The position numbers and the translations under genes were made by a program. A stretch of DNA of 64,000 nt from a virus (taxonomy: Duplodnaviria > Caudoviricetes). The notes beneath the pieces are model-generated. The model did not search any database, was not told where the DNA came from, and worked only from the letters and a program-made list of their open reading frames with translations. Location: positions 1 through 64,000 of IMG/VR virus record IMGVR_UViG_3300001580_000006; one strand, written 5' to 3'. Shown one piece after another: positions 35,954-46,256 of this stretch; position 1 is the first letter of the stretch, and each line of letters begins with the position of its first letter.

Positions 35954-37798
35954 ATGGCAAACGCACTACGTTTAAATGAGCAATCCTTAGCTGGATACCG
36001 TGCAGACTGTTTTTCAGGCGCACAAATCTCCCTATATATAGGCGGTATATGGGTTGAGGATGCAGTCTCTATTCAATACACTCTAAGCGATCCTAAGTCT
36101 CCAGTATATGGCTATAATAGTCGCTATTATGATATGGTTGCGTTTGGCAATCGTGTAGTACAAGGACAAATAGCCATTGCTTATACTGAGGAGGGCTACC
36201 TATCATCTATTCTATATGCACACAAAAAGATGATGGGAGAACTTGATGGTGAAGAGGATGAAGGATACTCTGGAACCTTTCTGGCGACCAACAAAACTGA
36301 CAAAGCAGCTACCTGGACCACACAGGACGAGTGGGGGTCTAGAGCTATTGTCAGCATCAAAGCTAAGGCCAAGGCTCTTGAGCAACAGATAGCTACCAAT
36401 CCTCCCCCAGACAATGTAGTAGACCTAAAGAAAGATCTTGAGAGATACAACAGACAAATTGCTGATATGGAGAAGATCTCCAATGGCAAGTCTATGCCAA
36501 CTCTATATACAAGACAGAACATACAGGGGTTTCTCGGTGACCTGCGTGGTGTATCATCATACGAGGATTTTGTAGAACTGATCGAGGACGCCCTAGTAGA
36601 CGCAGATAAGATGGCTGCACTATCAAAAAGGTACCCATGGTTAGTAATCCGTGGCAACAATGGAAACAAGATCCGCAGGGGCACAGAGTTTGACGTAGTT
36701 GAAGGTATTACTCAGAAAAACAAGGTCCCGTATTTATACCCAGGCTCAGGCTTCGATATAATAATAGCATATGGCGATATGAGCATTGGGTCAGCTGAGC
36801 ACACAATGAAGACAATTACTGATGTGCACCTAACCACTGAAACGCAAGTAGTCGAGGCGAACGGTAATCCTGTATTAGAGATATACACATTCTTTGCTAA
36901 GGATGTCGATGATCTAAGCACAATGGCTCGTTCAAGATCAAAGGGCTACTCTGGTCAAACAGAAAGCGGCTATGGCACTGGTGCTCCATCTCCTGACGAA
37001 AATGTTACAGAGTTTGACGTATTTGTGAACGCATTATCGTCTAAAGGCGTAGCAACTACTGAGGTTGCTCACCACAGGTTTCCTGTATCCGGAGAAGAAG
37101 TGCAGGTTGGTGTGCAGAGTGGTGATGACGTTCGTATGACATCATCTACACAGTCTGCAGATTTATCCCAGCCGGCTGACTCAGGATTTGTTTCGTCTGT
37201 GTATCAACTAGATGCTGCAATAACTGTAGCTGAGTACCAAAAGGCAAACGCCTACCAATATGCAGTTTCAGACTTCAGGTCCATAGTTCCTAATATATTA
37301 GTAGCCCCGGTTGGCTATACTAAGACTCTTGTATTACGAACCAAAAATGGATCAGAGAAGATAGTCCTTACCGAAACTGTTGGTACTGGCTCAGCTAGAG
37401 ACAATATGTATGATGTAGATGGCGTTGCCGCAATAATAGTTGCTATTGCTGAAGATGCATTGGAGCACAAAGTTGCTATTTTAGATTGGAAGCACGGTAC
37501 TAAGCAGCCTTCGACTGGTAAGTCGCTGGCCGTCACGATAGATCAAATACCTGTTGATGAGTTGACATATGTTGCCTACACTGGGGTTGCATACACTGAA
37601 TCGGCTAAGTCTAGCGTAACAACCAATTCGTACCAAGGCTCTAAGGCTTACAAAAATATAAAAGAATACATAGATTTCGTAAAAACATATCTAGGTATAC
37701 ACGCTGAGCATAAACTAACTTATGCATCGGCATACGTATACTTAGTGGTTACCAAACCCAACATTGGCCACGAGGCTATGAAGGTGGAGGAGCTGTGA
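35954..37798 (+). CDS. tail tube paralogue 3 with C-terminal extension
   Basis: FSGAQI, SIQYTL...K.PVYGY, G.RVVQGQI and GFDIIIAYG..YTFFAKD. Confidence 0.65.
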   Translation: MANALRLNEQSLAGYRADCFSGAQISLYIGGIWVEDAVSIQYTLSDPKSPVYGYNSRYYDMVAFGNRVVQGQIAIAYTEEGYLSSILYAHKKMMGELDGEEDEGYSGTFLATNKTDKAATWTTQDEWGSRAIVSIKAKAKALEQQIATNPPPDNVVDLKKDLERYNRQIADMEKISNGKSMPTLYTRQNIQGFLGDLRGVSSYEDFVELIEDALVDADKMAALSKRYPWLVIRGNNGNKIRRGTEFDVVEGITQKNKVPYLYPGSGFDIIIAYGDMSIGSAEHTMKTITDVHLTTETQVVEANGNPVLEIYTFFAKDVDDLSTMARSRSKGYSGQTESGYGTGAPSPDENVTEFDVFVNALSSKGVATTEVAHHRFPVSGEEVQVGVQSGDDVRMTSSTQSADLSQPADSGFVSSVYQLDAAITVAEYQKANAYQYAVSDFRSIVPNILVAPVGYTKTLVLRTKNGSEKIVLTETVGTGSARDNMYDVDGVAAIIVAIAEDALEHKVAILDWKHGTKQPSTGKSLAVTIDQIPVDELTYVAYTGVAYTESAKSSVTTNSYQGSKAYKNIKEYIDFVKTYLGIHAEHKLTYASAYVYLVVTKPNIGHEAMKVEEL

Positions 37799-38310
37799 GC
37801 AGACTTGCGCCCAATAAGCACTACAGCAACTTCAAAGACCTTACTGGGCAACGATTTGGTAAATTATTAGTACTTCAGTGTGATAAACGTAACGGACGCG
37901 AGCAATATTGGTTTTGCAGGTGTGATTGCGGAAGAGATGCTATAGTGCTAGGACGTAGTCTAAAGAACGGAGACAGTAAGTCTTGTGGCTGCTACTTAAA
38001 GAGAACTGGCGAATCTAGCCACAGATGGAAGGGCGGTATTACCAAACTTACACAGGCTATACGCAGCTGTTTGCGATATCGTCAATGGCGCAGCGATGTA
38101 CTTCATATTGCTAACTATATTTGCCAAGACTGTCTACGGCGTAGAGCAGAACTGCACGCACACCATATCAAGTCTTTTCAAGATATCATTAACGAATATA
38201 ATATTACCACAGTCGAGCAAGCAATAGCTTGTGAAGAGCTGTGGAACATTAACAACGGAGTCTGTCTGTGTATAGATTGTCATCGCAGCAGGCACAACAA
38301 ACACAAGTAA
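37795..38310 (+). CDS. HNH homing endonuclease, DLTGQRFG N-domain (family A nuclease)
   Basis: DLTGQRFGKL..WFCRCDCG..SKSCGC; WKGGIT; CQDC; AHHIK; LCIDCH. Confidence 0.88.
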   Translation: MSRLAPNKHYSNFKDLTGQRFGKLLVLQCDKRNGREQYWFCRCDCGRDAIVLGRSLKNGDSKSCGCYLKRTGESSHRWKGGITKLTQAIRSCLRYRQWRSDVLHIANYICQDCLRRRAELHAHHIKSFQDIINEYNITTVEQAIACEELWNINNGVCLCIDCHRSRHNKHK

Positions 38311-38329
38311 TTTGTGGAGGGAGAGAACC

Positions 38330-38704
38330 ATGGAAGAAGCATTATGGCCAGGAGGCCCAACCCAGACTGAGCTAGATAGTATTAAAGCTGGACTAGCTAG
38401 CAAAAACTTACCCACCGACCTATTCGAAGTATCAGCCGGTAACGTGACAGTAGTCGCTAGGCTAGTTACTAAGGTAGAGTACATGAATCTTAGCAATCAA
38501 GTGTTCAAAGAAGTGCAAGGCAAGCGCATCCCGCCACAGCAGGCTGATGATATGTTCAACATCGCCATGCTTAACGCCGCAGTGGTTTGGAAACAACCAG
38601 AGCTAAGCTTCAATGATCAGACGGCGTGCGGAGTTATCCCAACCCTGATAGACAAGGTAATGAAGCTTAACGGCTTTGACGATGTCGCGCCTCGGAGACT
38701 ATAA
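38330..38704 (+). CDS. tail assembly chaperone-like protein 1
   Basis: RBS GGAGG; between tube and tape-measure genes; ends G.IPTL.DKVM.LNGF. Confidence 0.6.
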   Translation: MEEALWPGGPTQTELDSIKAGLASKNLPTDLFEVSAGNVTVVARLVTKVEYMNLSNQVFKEVQGKRIPPQQADDMFNIAMLNAAVVWKQPELSFNDQTACGVIPTLIDKVMKLNGFDDVAPRRL

Positions 38705-39488
38705 TCTTCCAGATAGCATAAGGGAGAAGCTTCTAGACTGGAAAGTAGAGCATGGGCATCTGTACATTGCGCAGTTTCGTAAGCAACGCTTAAGTGAGAC
38801 TGGTCAGTATGAGACAGATGCCCTAGCTCCCTGGCTATTTGCCATACTTCGAGAGCTTAAACTTAAGGAGTATATGGCCTATTGTGATATCGCTACGTAC
38901 GATAACACAGCTGCCGCATTTAGTCTGGTTAGGCGGTGCCTACTAACTTGCGAAAATGAAAATGGCGAGCACCACTCTATATCAAACGAACCTCATACTA
39001 TGGACTATCTGTTTGGCGTATTGGTCAGTATGTCTGGGTTCTTTGAGGGTAAGGTGCACGCTGCACAGGTAGAGGCCAGGGCAAGCTATGGTAAGTTATA
39101 CAAAAACTTCATAGTACCTCTAATATCTAATTATGGCTTTAGTTTGGACTATCTTGGTAATTCAACTGACACAGATATAGCTGAGATTGCCATAATTCTG
39201 CAGAAACAACGTAGAGAGCGTCCACCAATAAACGGTGAGCGTGACAAGACTAAGGCGTTAACGCTTATGTCAGCCGATCATTCATCCGAGTTGCTACGAG
39301 AAAAGATGGAACACGATAGAAACGGCGGCGGAGAACGCATAAATACCGACGTAGAGAACCTAGCAATACGTGCTAACTTTGGCGAAATCGTAACAAATAG
39401 ACCTGTTCCTGATGTCACAAAATTAAAGAAATTCGACCCAAAAACAATGATGCCAAAGTTTACCCATAAGAAAGTAGATGGCAGATAG
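38682..39488 (+). CDS. tail assembly chaperone-like protein 2 (paralogue with extension)
   Basis: N-terminal half parallels 38330 (RELKLKEY..RRCLL..VLVSMSGF). Confidence 0.55.
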   Translation: MSRLGDYNLPDSIREKLLDWKVEHGHLYIAQFRKQRLSETGQYETDALAPWLFAILRELKLKEYMAYCDIATYDNTAAAFSLVRRCLLTCENENGEHHSISNEPHTMDYLFGVLVSMSGFFEGKVHAAQVEARASYGKLYKNFIVPLISNYGFSLDYLGNSTDTDIAEIAIILQKQRRERPPINGERDKTKALTLMSADHSSELLREKMEHDRNGGGERINTDVENLAIRANFGEIVTNRPVPDVTKLKKFDPKTMMPKFTHKKVDGR

Positions 39489-40074
39489 TAGAGGGCAATA
39501 TCAGGCTCAAAGAGGGGCCGGCCAAAACCTAGTAAAGGCGGTGGTCGGCCTTCGCCCTAAGTGCTCAGAGGAAACTAAGGCAAAAATAAGAGCGGCACTA
39601 ACTGGCAAAAGCTTTATTACAGATAGTGGTAGGGCAAGGATACGTGAGGCCAACAAAAGGCGTAAAGTTTCTCCAGAAACTAGGGCTCGGCTAAGCGCAG
39701 CGCTTATTGGAAACAAACGTAGTGCTGGTAAAAACCAAAAGCCGCACTCAACGTATTGTGGCCATAAAAATCACTTCTGGAAAGGTGGAGTTACTATTAT
39801 TAACCACGGGTTAAGACTGGCTGTAGTTGCTACTCACAAGTATGGCATATGGAGATTATCTATTTTTGTTAGAGATAGCTTTATCTGTCAGGATTGTAAG
39901 CGTAAAAATCTGCGCCTACACGCACACCATAAGAAGCATTTCCAGACTATTATTGACGAATACAACATAACCACAGTAGAGCAAGCAATAGCTTGCGAAG
40001 AACTATGGGATATAAACAACGGTATTACACTCTGCAAACGTTGTCACAGAAAGCGACATAATGCGCAACAATGA
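39478..40074 (+). CDS. HNH homing endonuclease, NUMOD3 repeats (family A)
   Basis: CSEETKAKI, SPETRARL; WKGGVT; RDSFICQDC; AHHKK; TLCKRCH. Confidence 0.88.
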   Translation: MADSRGQYQAQRGAGQNLVKAVVGLRPKCSEETKAKIRAALTGKSFITDSGRARIREANKRRKVSPETRARLSAALIGNKRSAGKNQKPHSTYCGHKNHFWKGGVTIINHGLRLAVVATHKYGIWRLSIFVRDSFICQDCKRKNLRLHAHHKKHFQTIIDEYNITTVEQAIACEELWDINNGITLCKRCHRKRHNAQQ

Positions 40075-43000
40075 TAAATAGGGATCCAAATAACGAGCAA
40101 CGGCAAACTAGTAGTAATCTAGTAAAGGCGGTTGCTGGTATAGGTTTTAGCTTAGTAGCCTTCACGCTTCTGGAGCGCCCGCTCAGAGGTGTGGGACTAG
40201 CTTTGTCTCAGAGGGCTGGTCTAGCAATGAAGGGTGCGTCTTCTACTTTAAGCACAGCTTGGAAAGCAGCTGCTAGCGAAGCCGTAGAGATGCCATCTGG
40301 AGTAGCCGGCACGATTGGTAGATCAGCTGCTGGCTGGAGCCGCACTGCAGAAGCGTTGGCCGCCGAGGGGCAAAAAGGCAAATACGTTCTTCCTGGTCCG
40401 GCAAGAGTTCTTGATCACTGGATGCGCGGCGCATCTGCAGAGTACTCTAACCTTAGACAAAGTGCTTCTGGGGCCTATAAATCATTTACATCTGCATGGA
40501 AGCCTGGAGGGGCTGCAGCCGAAGCTGCAACAAGAAATGTACCAGCCGAGCTACGTGAAAGAGCAACGTCTATTGGTAAGTTCAAGGCCTTCTTTGGCAA
40601 TACCAACGATAGGGGTATGCGCTGGGCCGGTGCCGGCCAGAAGTGGTTTGGTCAGTATCTCACAACCTTGCCCTCCTTCTATCTAGCTGAAAAAGCCACT
40701 GGTTTAATAACCAGACGCGAGGGCGAGTCTAAGAAGAGAGCTTTCTGGAATCTTCCAGGGCACGCTTACGATTTTGCCAAGTTTGCAGTTTCGTTTGCCC
40801 CAGGTGACCTTCTATTCCGTGGTGCTGGAAAAGCAATGAGCGCTGCTCTACATGGCGGGGCCTACAAAGTAGGTATGGCAGCCCGCACACCAGAAGGGCA
40901 GAAGATAGCAGGAAGCTTTGCTGGACTAATATCAAAAGCTGGTGACTTTGGATACAGGGTACAGCAGGCATCCAAAGCGTTTAGTGAAGGCTACCACTCA
41001 CACAACTCCTATACGAATTCTGGATCCACTGTTACTAGAGTTGCAGAAAAAGCTGCTAATGTATTTGCTGGTGCGCTGCGTGGGGCTACCAATTTCTTAG
41101 TAAAAGCTTCTGATAGCAGTATACGCCGTAAGTCCCTTTCATCTCAGGCTGCTAGCCGCCTACACGGGGCGTGGACAGAGGCCGCCTCCTTGGGTGGAAG
41201 CACTTCTGCTGCAAACCAGGCCGTAAGAATAGTTGGACGACAGGGTGGCTTATTTGAGTTTGGGCAGGTAAAGAAATATAATATGATGGAGCAGTTGCTT
41301 GGTGTTAAACAGCAGCGTCGCTCAGCAGATGATTTTATAGGGCTAGTCACCAAGGAGTATGGCCAAGGCGGCTTCGCTGATGCCGTGGCAGGGGTATTTA
41401 AGAGTGGAGCAGGTAGACGAAGCGGGTACCACGCCAACTACAGACTTCCAGGCGACTACACCCAAGGCGACCTATCTTGGATTCTACCAGAGAACTTAAA
41501 GAAGGGTGCCGCGTCGGTTCTTGCGTCTGCCTCTATTACAATACCAAAAATAGGGACGATACGCCCATTCCAGTTTATGCGCGTGCACAGCGTCCTTACC
41601 CCAAAACACTATATTGGCGGAGAACGAGACCAATACTTTGCTACGCTTGCCGAGCAGGACCCACGTCTGAAGAAAATAGCGGAAACATTCCACCCTGGCG
41701 ATCCAGCTAGTGTAGCATATAATAAAATAACAAGTGACAGTGGTATATTTTCCGGTGTTCAGGCTGAGCAACTGGGAACTCAGTTCCAGATACTTAAAGG
41801 CTGGAATCCTGGAGTTCTTCACGCAAGTAGAGGCGGCCTTACCGTGGCTGCTGGTGAAAAGTTGTTCTTTGTCAATAGTGGAGGAAAGGCTGCCACTCTT
41901 AGTGGGTTTAAAGCATTTCCAGTACAGGAACACGAACGCCGCATAATGAGCAATCTTATCTTTGGTAAAGCTGAGGATAAGTTTAAGACTACTGCCGAGC
42001 TGTCCGCAGAAAAGAGTTGGAATCCTTTACGTGGTTTGCTCGACGGTATTAATAGAAAGCTAGAGATCGGAAGATACGCCAATAAAGAAATGGCGTTTGG
42101 TGCGCACGCTCTTCCAACCGGATACCGCAATCTAACAGATAGACGATCTATTCTAAATATATTCTCAGCCGTACCTACTGATAATGCTGGCTGGGAAGCA
42201 GCTGTTGAACACTATAGGACTATTGCTGGTAGAACCCAGACTGGGGTTAGATCTAGGTCTGCTTGGTTTATCGAAGATTTAGCAGACTTAGTGCATAACA
42301 AAGAAGTACAAGACATAATAGGCAGTAAGGATGCTGGCCTAAGAAAAGCTATTACCGACGAAGCCGAGGCAGCGCGCTATTTGCGGGAGCTGTCTGTGTC
42401 ACAAACTGGCAAGGCGTCGAACCTAGTTGCAACTAGAGTTGGCTGGCTGGCCCGTGAGTTAAACGCAGATGTAGGAGCAGGAGTAGTATCATCCGGTCAT
42501 CGCGGTCTTAATCAAGGTCAGCTTGTAAGATCTGCGAGCTTATTTGCTGGCATAGAGAACCGCGCAGACAAGGCAGAGATATTTGACCAGCTGCTGTCGC
42601 TTAACAGTTTAGATAGAAGAGCAAAAGATTCTCTGCGTGTTGCCAAATTTGATGCTATGCTAGAGGATTCTCTACAGCAAAGGTTATTAGATCTAAGGGG
42701 TGACTTTACGCCGCAGAATATGCAGCGTCAAGCCTTTGAGGCACACCGCACCATCAAAGAAGCTATGATAGATAGCAACATCTCTGGCTCATTACACAGA
42801 ATGACCAAAGATAGATCTGTCAGCTTAGCGTTTGAAAACTCTAGTACGGCCATGGACTTCCTCAGCGATGAATATCGCAGGGGAAGACCCGGGTTAGCCA
42901 GTGTACTACTAGAGGACCGTGGCGCAACTAGAACAGTAATGGACTGGATAAACCCAACAGCTAGTGAGCAACTTACTAGAACCGGGTTGACCAGCCGTAT

Positions 43001-46000
43001 GTTTCTTGAGCGCTTTACCAACATTCTTGGCTTAAGGTCGGATAATGTTTCCAGCAACGCAGCATTATTTGGTAAGGTATTTACTCATAGAATTCTACCT
43101 ATGGCTGGAGCCATTTATGGGCTCAGAGCATTAGACACGTTCACCGACGCCAATCCTCTATTTGCTGGTACTATGCTAGATGAGGGTATATTTGTTGCTG
43201 CCGGCGAACAGGTTGCTAAGACACACTTGCTATCATCTAGGGTTCTGGATGCATCTGGTTTGACTCATGCTTCTAAGTGGGCAGAGGGTTTAATGCCAGG
43301 CTTTATAAACTCTCCGATGGCCCGCTTTACGCGAACAGTAGGTATGCCTTTGGCTGGGTATGGCCTAGGAATGAAATATGGTGGGCTGCATAGTGCAAAA
43401 ACAGGGCTAATAGCTGGTCTTGCATTAGATGCCACCTTAGGCTTTGGTTTAACCGATCTTACAAAGACACATGGCGAGCTGGTAGATGAATACGCCGGCC
43501 GTACAGAGGTTCCTGTCAAGAAAGGTCGTTGGTGGGAATTCGGAAAGACCCCATATGAAGGCACACAGATACAGTATTTCCGGCCGAATTGGTTTGCTAG
43601 GTTAAAGAGTCAGCATCAGTATACACCAGAAGGATTTGGCACTAAATGGGAATCGCTATTATTCCAACCAATTCCATTTATAGATGCTGCTCCTGGTATG
43701 TTAATAGAGCCAGACTGGTACGCTAGGAAGAACTACTTAACAAGACCGTATCCAGTCACATCAAATCCATTTAGCGAAGCAGCAATAGTAGGGCCTTTGG
43801 CTGGTGCTACCATTGGTAGTGTGTTAAACCCACCAAGCGTAATGCACGGGAGGGAGCTTGAATCAGCGCTAACTAATCCTGGCTCAAACGCCAACATGTT
43901 TGGCGGTACCGGGCTAGGAACTAGCGGTAACTATATGGCCGGCACACCACAAGGTGCACAAATTTCAGGGCCATCTGATTGGCAGCAGACGCTTAGTAGA
44001 CAGTTCTACTACGGCATAACCGAACCAGGTGGTTTATTTGGGTGGGCGGCTTCAAACTTGGCGGGCGGGCAGATGCCGCTAGCAAAACCAAATGAGCTGG
44101 CAAGCGCTACAGCAGCACAATCCCAGATTAAGAGGTTTTGGGATCTGAACCTTGGCGGATTTGGTCTCCTTAGCGAACCAATTCGTAGGCTACTTCCTAG
44201 AGAGCTGGCCGCCATCAACAAGATTAACCCAATAATGAATACAATGGCCGACTGGCTACCAGAGAATATGCAGCGAGGTGATCAGTTTGCTTCCATGCCT
44301 GAGGGATCGTTGCGGCTGCCTGGCACTGGTTATGAGACAATGCGTGCCGTAACGCATGCGTTTCCATCTCGTGAATCCCAGCTTGGCAAATCAATGTCTG
44401 AGATTGTGCAAGGTATGCTTGGTATGCCACAATCTATGTCTGAAGAACAAGAAGAAATAATGTCTGGTGGCACTGAAATTCACAGACAGATACAAGAGGA
44501 GCTAACTAGGCAAAACCTTGCTGTAGCAATAGAACAGAACATATATGACCCGTACCACGATATATCTGGTACAGCTGACTTAATACTAAGATATGGTCGT
44601 GAGCAAGCTGTTGGCGAAATCAAGACAAAATCTTTAGAAGCTATGCAGAAACTGTCGGGTCCGCAACAGTCGCACATGAGCCAGCTCAACTTCTACTTAC
44701 ATACTACAAAGATGCGTCGTGGATTCCTTATTTATGCAGCCAGAGAAGACCCGTCAGTGCGCAAAGTGTACGAGTTCAATTATTCTCGTAATATGTTTGA
44801 GCGTGATATGGCAAAGGTTGAGCAGGCTAGAGCTGCGGCAGCTGATTTGCTGACCACCGTTCCAACAACGCACGGAGCATCCTACTCCCACGCCGACCGT
44901 CTAAAGATTCTCGCTGACGTAGCACCAACCTCTGACCAGTACTACAGAGAATTGATGATGACTACAAAGCAGAGCAAGATGGGGCTAATGTCACCAGAGG
45001 AGCAGTACACATACGAGACTGCGTTAAAGCAGCGCAATAGCCAAATGCGCGGCATGGACTTGTATCCAAATAGGTTCCTTGGGAAGATGATGAGCCCAGA
45101 GGCTACTTATAATCTGCAGTCTGAGAACACTAACATTAAGGCTGCCTCCGAATATAATATAGCCGAACGAGCTATGGGTGCTGCCTGGGAAGGACTTCAG
45201 GCTGTGCCAAACCCGCTATCAACCAAGTTCTTTAACTATCAGACACCCGAACAGGCATATCAGCGAGCTCAGATGTATGGCAATCTGGAGCAATCCTGGG
45301 ATCACCCAGTACGTAGCTTTGTTACACCATATGGTCAAAGGTTTCTTGGTTCTAGCAATCCAGTATCAGGTGCTTGGAGAGGAGGTATGGCTGGCTTTCT
45401 GATGGGCGGTCCTGCCGGCGCTGCACTGTTAGGAAGCATGGGTGCTATGTATGGTGGCGGTTATAGTGCTGTAAAGGCCACTACTGGGTGGTCATACCTG
45501 CCAAGCGAAGTTAAAAAAGAACGTGCTTTAAATCAGACATTTGATAGGCTAGCTTTTGCGAAAGGCATGGTGGACAATCAAATGACGGGCAGCCCAGAGT
45601 CGTTTGAGATGGCGCAAAATACCTATACTGCGTGGAACACTGGTAGGTCTAGCTCAATGGCTAACTTTATGAGAGCTACTCCGCACCAGGAACGACAATT
45701 TATGGGGGCGTTTATTAATACCACCGATCCTGCCGAGCGCAATAGAATATTAAAGATGTTGCCTACTCCAGCCGCCGAGGGCTTAGAGCGTGTATGGAAT
45801 AACCAAGAAGGAGCCAGCTTTGCATCACACTCCGGAGCAGAAGACTATGTCGCCTCCCAAGGCATGATGAACCAAGCAAGAAACTGGCAGGCTTTCACTC
45901 CACAGACTATGCAGGCTACCAAAGTTAAGATGATTAAAAACGAAGGGCTGAAGGTCCAAGACTTTGGTCTTGGCTACGCGTCACAACTATATGGTGTACA

Positions 46001-46256
46001 AAACAACCCAAACGTTCCAGATTCTATGAACCTAAGTGATCCGCTAGGGGTGGGGGCTGCCCCATCGGTGCAGTTTGACTCAGTCCAAATTAAGAGACAA
46101 ATAGAGCAGATGCTTATTAATAGGGGTGCTAGAAGCATACAAGTATCGGTCAATGAAGTATCTGGCGTAGAGGCCAGAGGAACTCTCACTATTAACTGTC
46201 GCCAAGATAGAACACAAGACATGCTATCTGTGTTGAGATCAACGAGCAATGATTAA
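40071..46256 (+). CDS. tape-measure-like/ejected giant virion protein with embedded PD-(D/E)XK nuclease domain
   Basis: 2061 aa, A/G-rich, tape-measure position. GTEIH..E..SGTAD..GEIKT..SQLNFY motifs at about 44466-44830. Confidence 0.7.
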   Translation: MINRDPNNEQRQTSSNLVKAVAGIGFSLVAFTLLERPLRGVGLALSQRAGLAMKGASSTLSTAWKAAASEAVEMPSGVAGTIGRSAAGWSRTAEALAAEGQKGKYVLPGPARVLDHWMRGASAEYSNLRQSASGAYKSFTSAWKPGGAAAEAATRNVPAELRERATSIGKFKAFFGNTNDRGMRWAGAGQKWFGQYLTTLPSFYLAEKATGLITRREGESKKRAFWNLPGHAYDFAKFAVSFAPGDLLFRGAGKAMSAALHGGAYKVGMAARTPEGQKIAGSFAGLISKAGDFGYRVQQASKAFSEGYHSHNSYTNSGSTVTRVAEKAANVFAGALRGATNFLVKASDSSIRRKSLSSQAASRLHGAWTEAASLGGSTSAANQAVRIVGRQGGLFEFGQVKKYNMMEQLLGVKQQRRSADDFIGLVTKEYGQGGFADAVAGVFKSGAGRRSGYHANYRLPGDYTQGDLSWILPENLKKGAASVLASASITIPKIGTIRPFQFMRVHSVLTPKHYIGGERDQYFATLAEQDPRLKKIAETFHPGDPASVAYNKITSDSGIFSGVQAEQLGTQFQILKGWNPGVLHASRGGLTVAAGEKLFFVNSGGKAATLSGFKAFPVQEHERRIMSNLIFGKAEDKFKTTAELSAEKSWNPLRGLLDGINRKLEIGRYANKEMAFGAHALPTGYRNLTDRRSILNIFSAVPTDNAGWEAAVEHYRTIAGRTQTGVRSRSAWFIEDLADLVHNKEVQDIIGSKDAGLRKAITDEAEAARYLRELSVSQTGKASNLVATRVGWLARELNADVGAGVVSSGHRGLNQGQLVRSASLFAGIENRADKAEIFDQLLSLNSLDRRAKDSLRVAKFDAMLEDSLQQRLLDLRGDFTPQNMQRQAFEAHRTIKEAMIDSNISGSLHRMTKDRSVSLAFENSSTAMDFLSDEYRRGRPGLASVLLEDRGATRTVMDWINPTASEQLTRTGLTSRMFLERFTNILGLRSDNVSSNAALFGKVFTHRILPMAGAIYGLRALDTFTDANPLFAGTMLDEGIFVAAGEQVAKTHLLSSRVLDASGLTHASKWAEGLMPGFINSPMARFTRTVGMPLAGYGLGMKYGGLHSAKTGLIAGLALDATLGFGLTDLTKTHGELVDEYAGRTEVPVKKGRWWEFGKTPYEGTQIQYFRPNWFARLKSQHQYTPEGFGTKWESLLFQPIPFIDAAPGMLIEPDWYARKNYLTRPYPVTSNPFSEAAIVGPLAGATIGSVLNPPSVMHGRELESALTNPGSNANMFGGTGLGTSGNYMAGTPQGAQISGPSDWQQTLSRQFYYGITEPGGLFGWAASNLAGGQMPLAKPNELASATAAQSQIKRFWDLNLGGFGLLSEPIRRLLPRELAAINKINPIMNTMADWLPENMQRGDQFASMPEGSLRLPGTGYETMRAVTHAFPSRESQLGKSMSEIVQGMLGMPQSMSEEQEEIMSGGTEIHRQIQEELTRQNLAVAIEQNIYDPYHDISGTADLILRYGREQAVGEIKTKSLEAMQKLSGPQQSHMSQLNFYLHTTKMRRGFLIYAAREDPSVRKVYEFNYSRNMFERDMAKVEQARAAAADLLTTVPTTHGASYSHADRLKILADVAPTSDQYYRELMMTTKQSKMGLMSPEEQYTYETALKQRNSQMRGMDLYPNRFLGKMMSPEATYNLQSENTNIKAASEYNIAERAMGAAWEGLQAVPNPLSTKFFNYQTPEQAYQRAQMYGNLEQSWDHPVRSFVTPYGQRFLGSSNPVSGAWRGGMAGFLMGGPAGAALLGSMGAMYGGGYSAVKATTGWSYLPSEVKKERALNQTFDRLAFAKGMVDNQMTGSPESFEMAQNTYTAWNTGRSSSMANFMRATPHQERQFMGAFINTTDPAERNRILKMLPTPAAEGLERVWNNQEGASFASHSGAEDYVASQGMMNQARNWQAFTPQTMQATKVKMIKNEGLKVQDFGLGYASQLYGVQNNPNVPDSMNLSDPLGVGAAPSVQFDSVQIKRQIEQMLINRGARSIQVSVNEVSGVEARGTLTINCRQDRTQDMLSVLRSTSND

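Noticed and set aside
37795-38700. Second case of N-terminus capture (MSRL shared by HNH 37795 and ORF 38682)
   Set aside because: Only four residues match, the codons differ, and the genes are not adjacent.
20860-40013. Diversity-generating retroelement TR/VR pair from the 95-nt repeat
   Set aside because: The copies are identical with no adenine-specific mismatches, both lie in HNH genes, and no reverse transcriptase is in the window.
44360-44830. cas4 gene / CRISPR adaptation module
   Set aside because: It lacks the four Fe-S cysteines, is an internal domain of a structural protein, and has no cas1/cas2 or array nearby.
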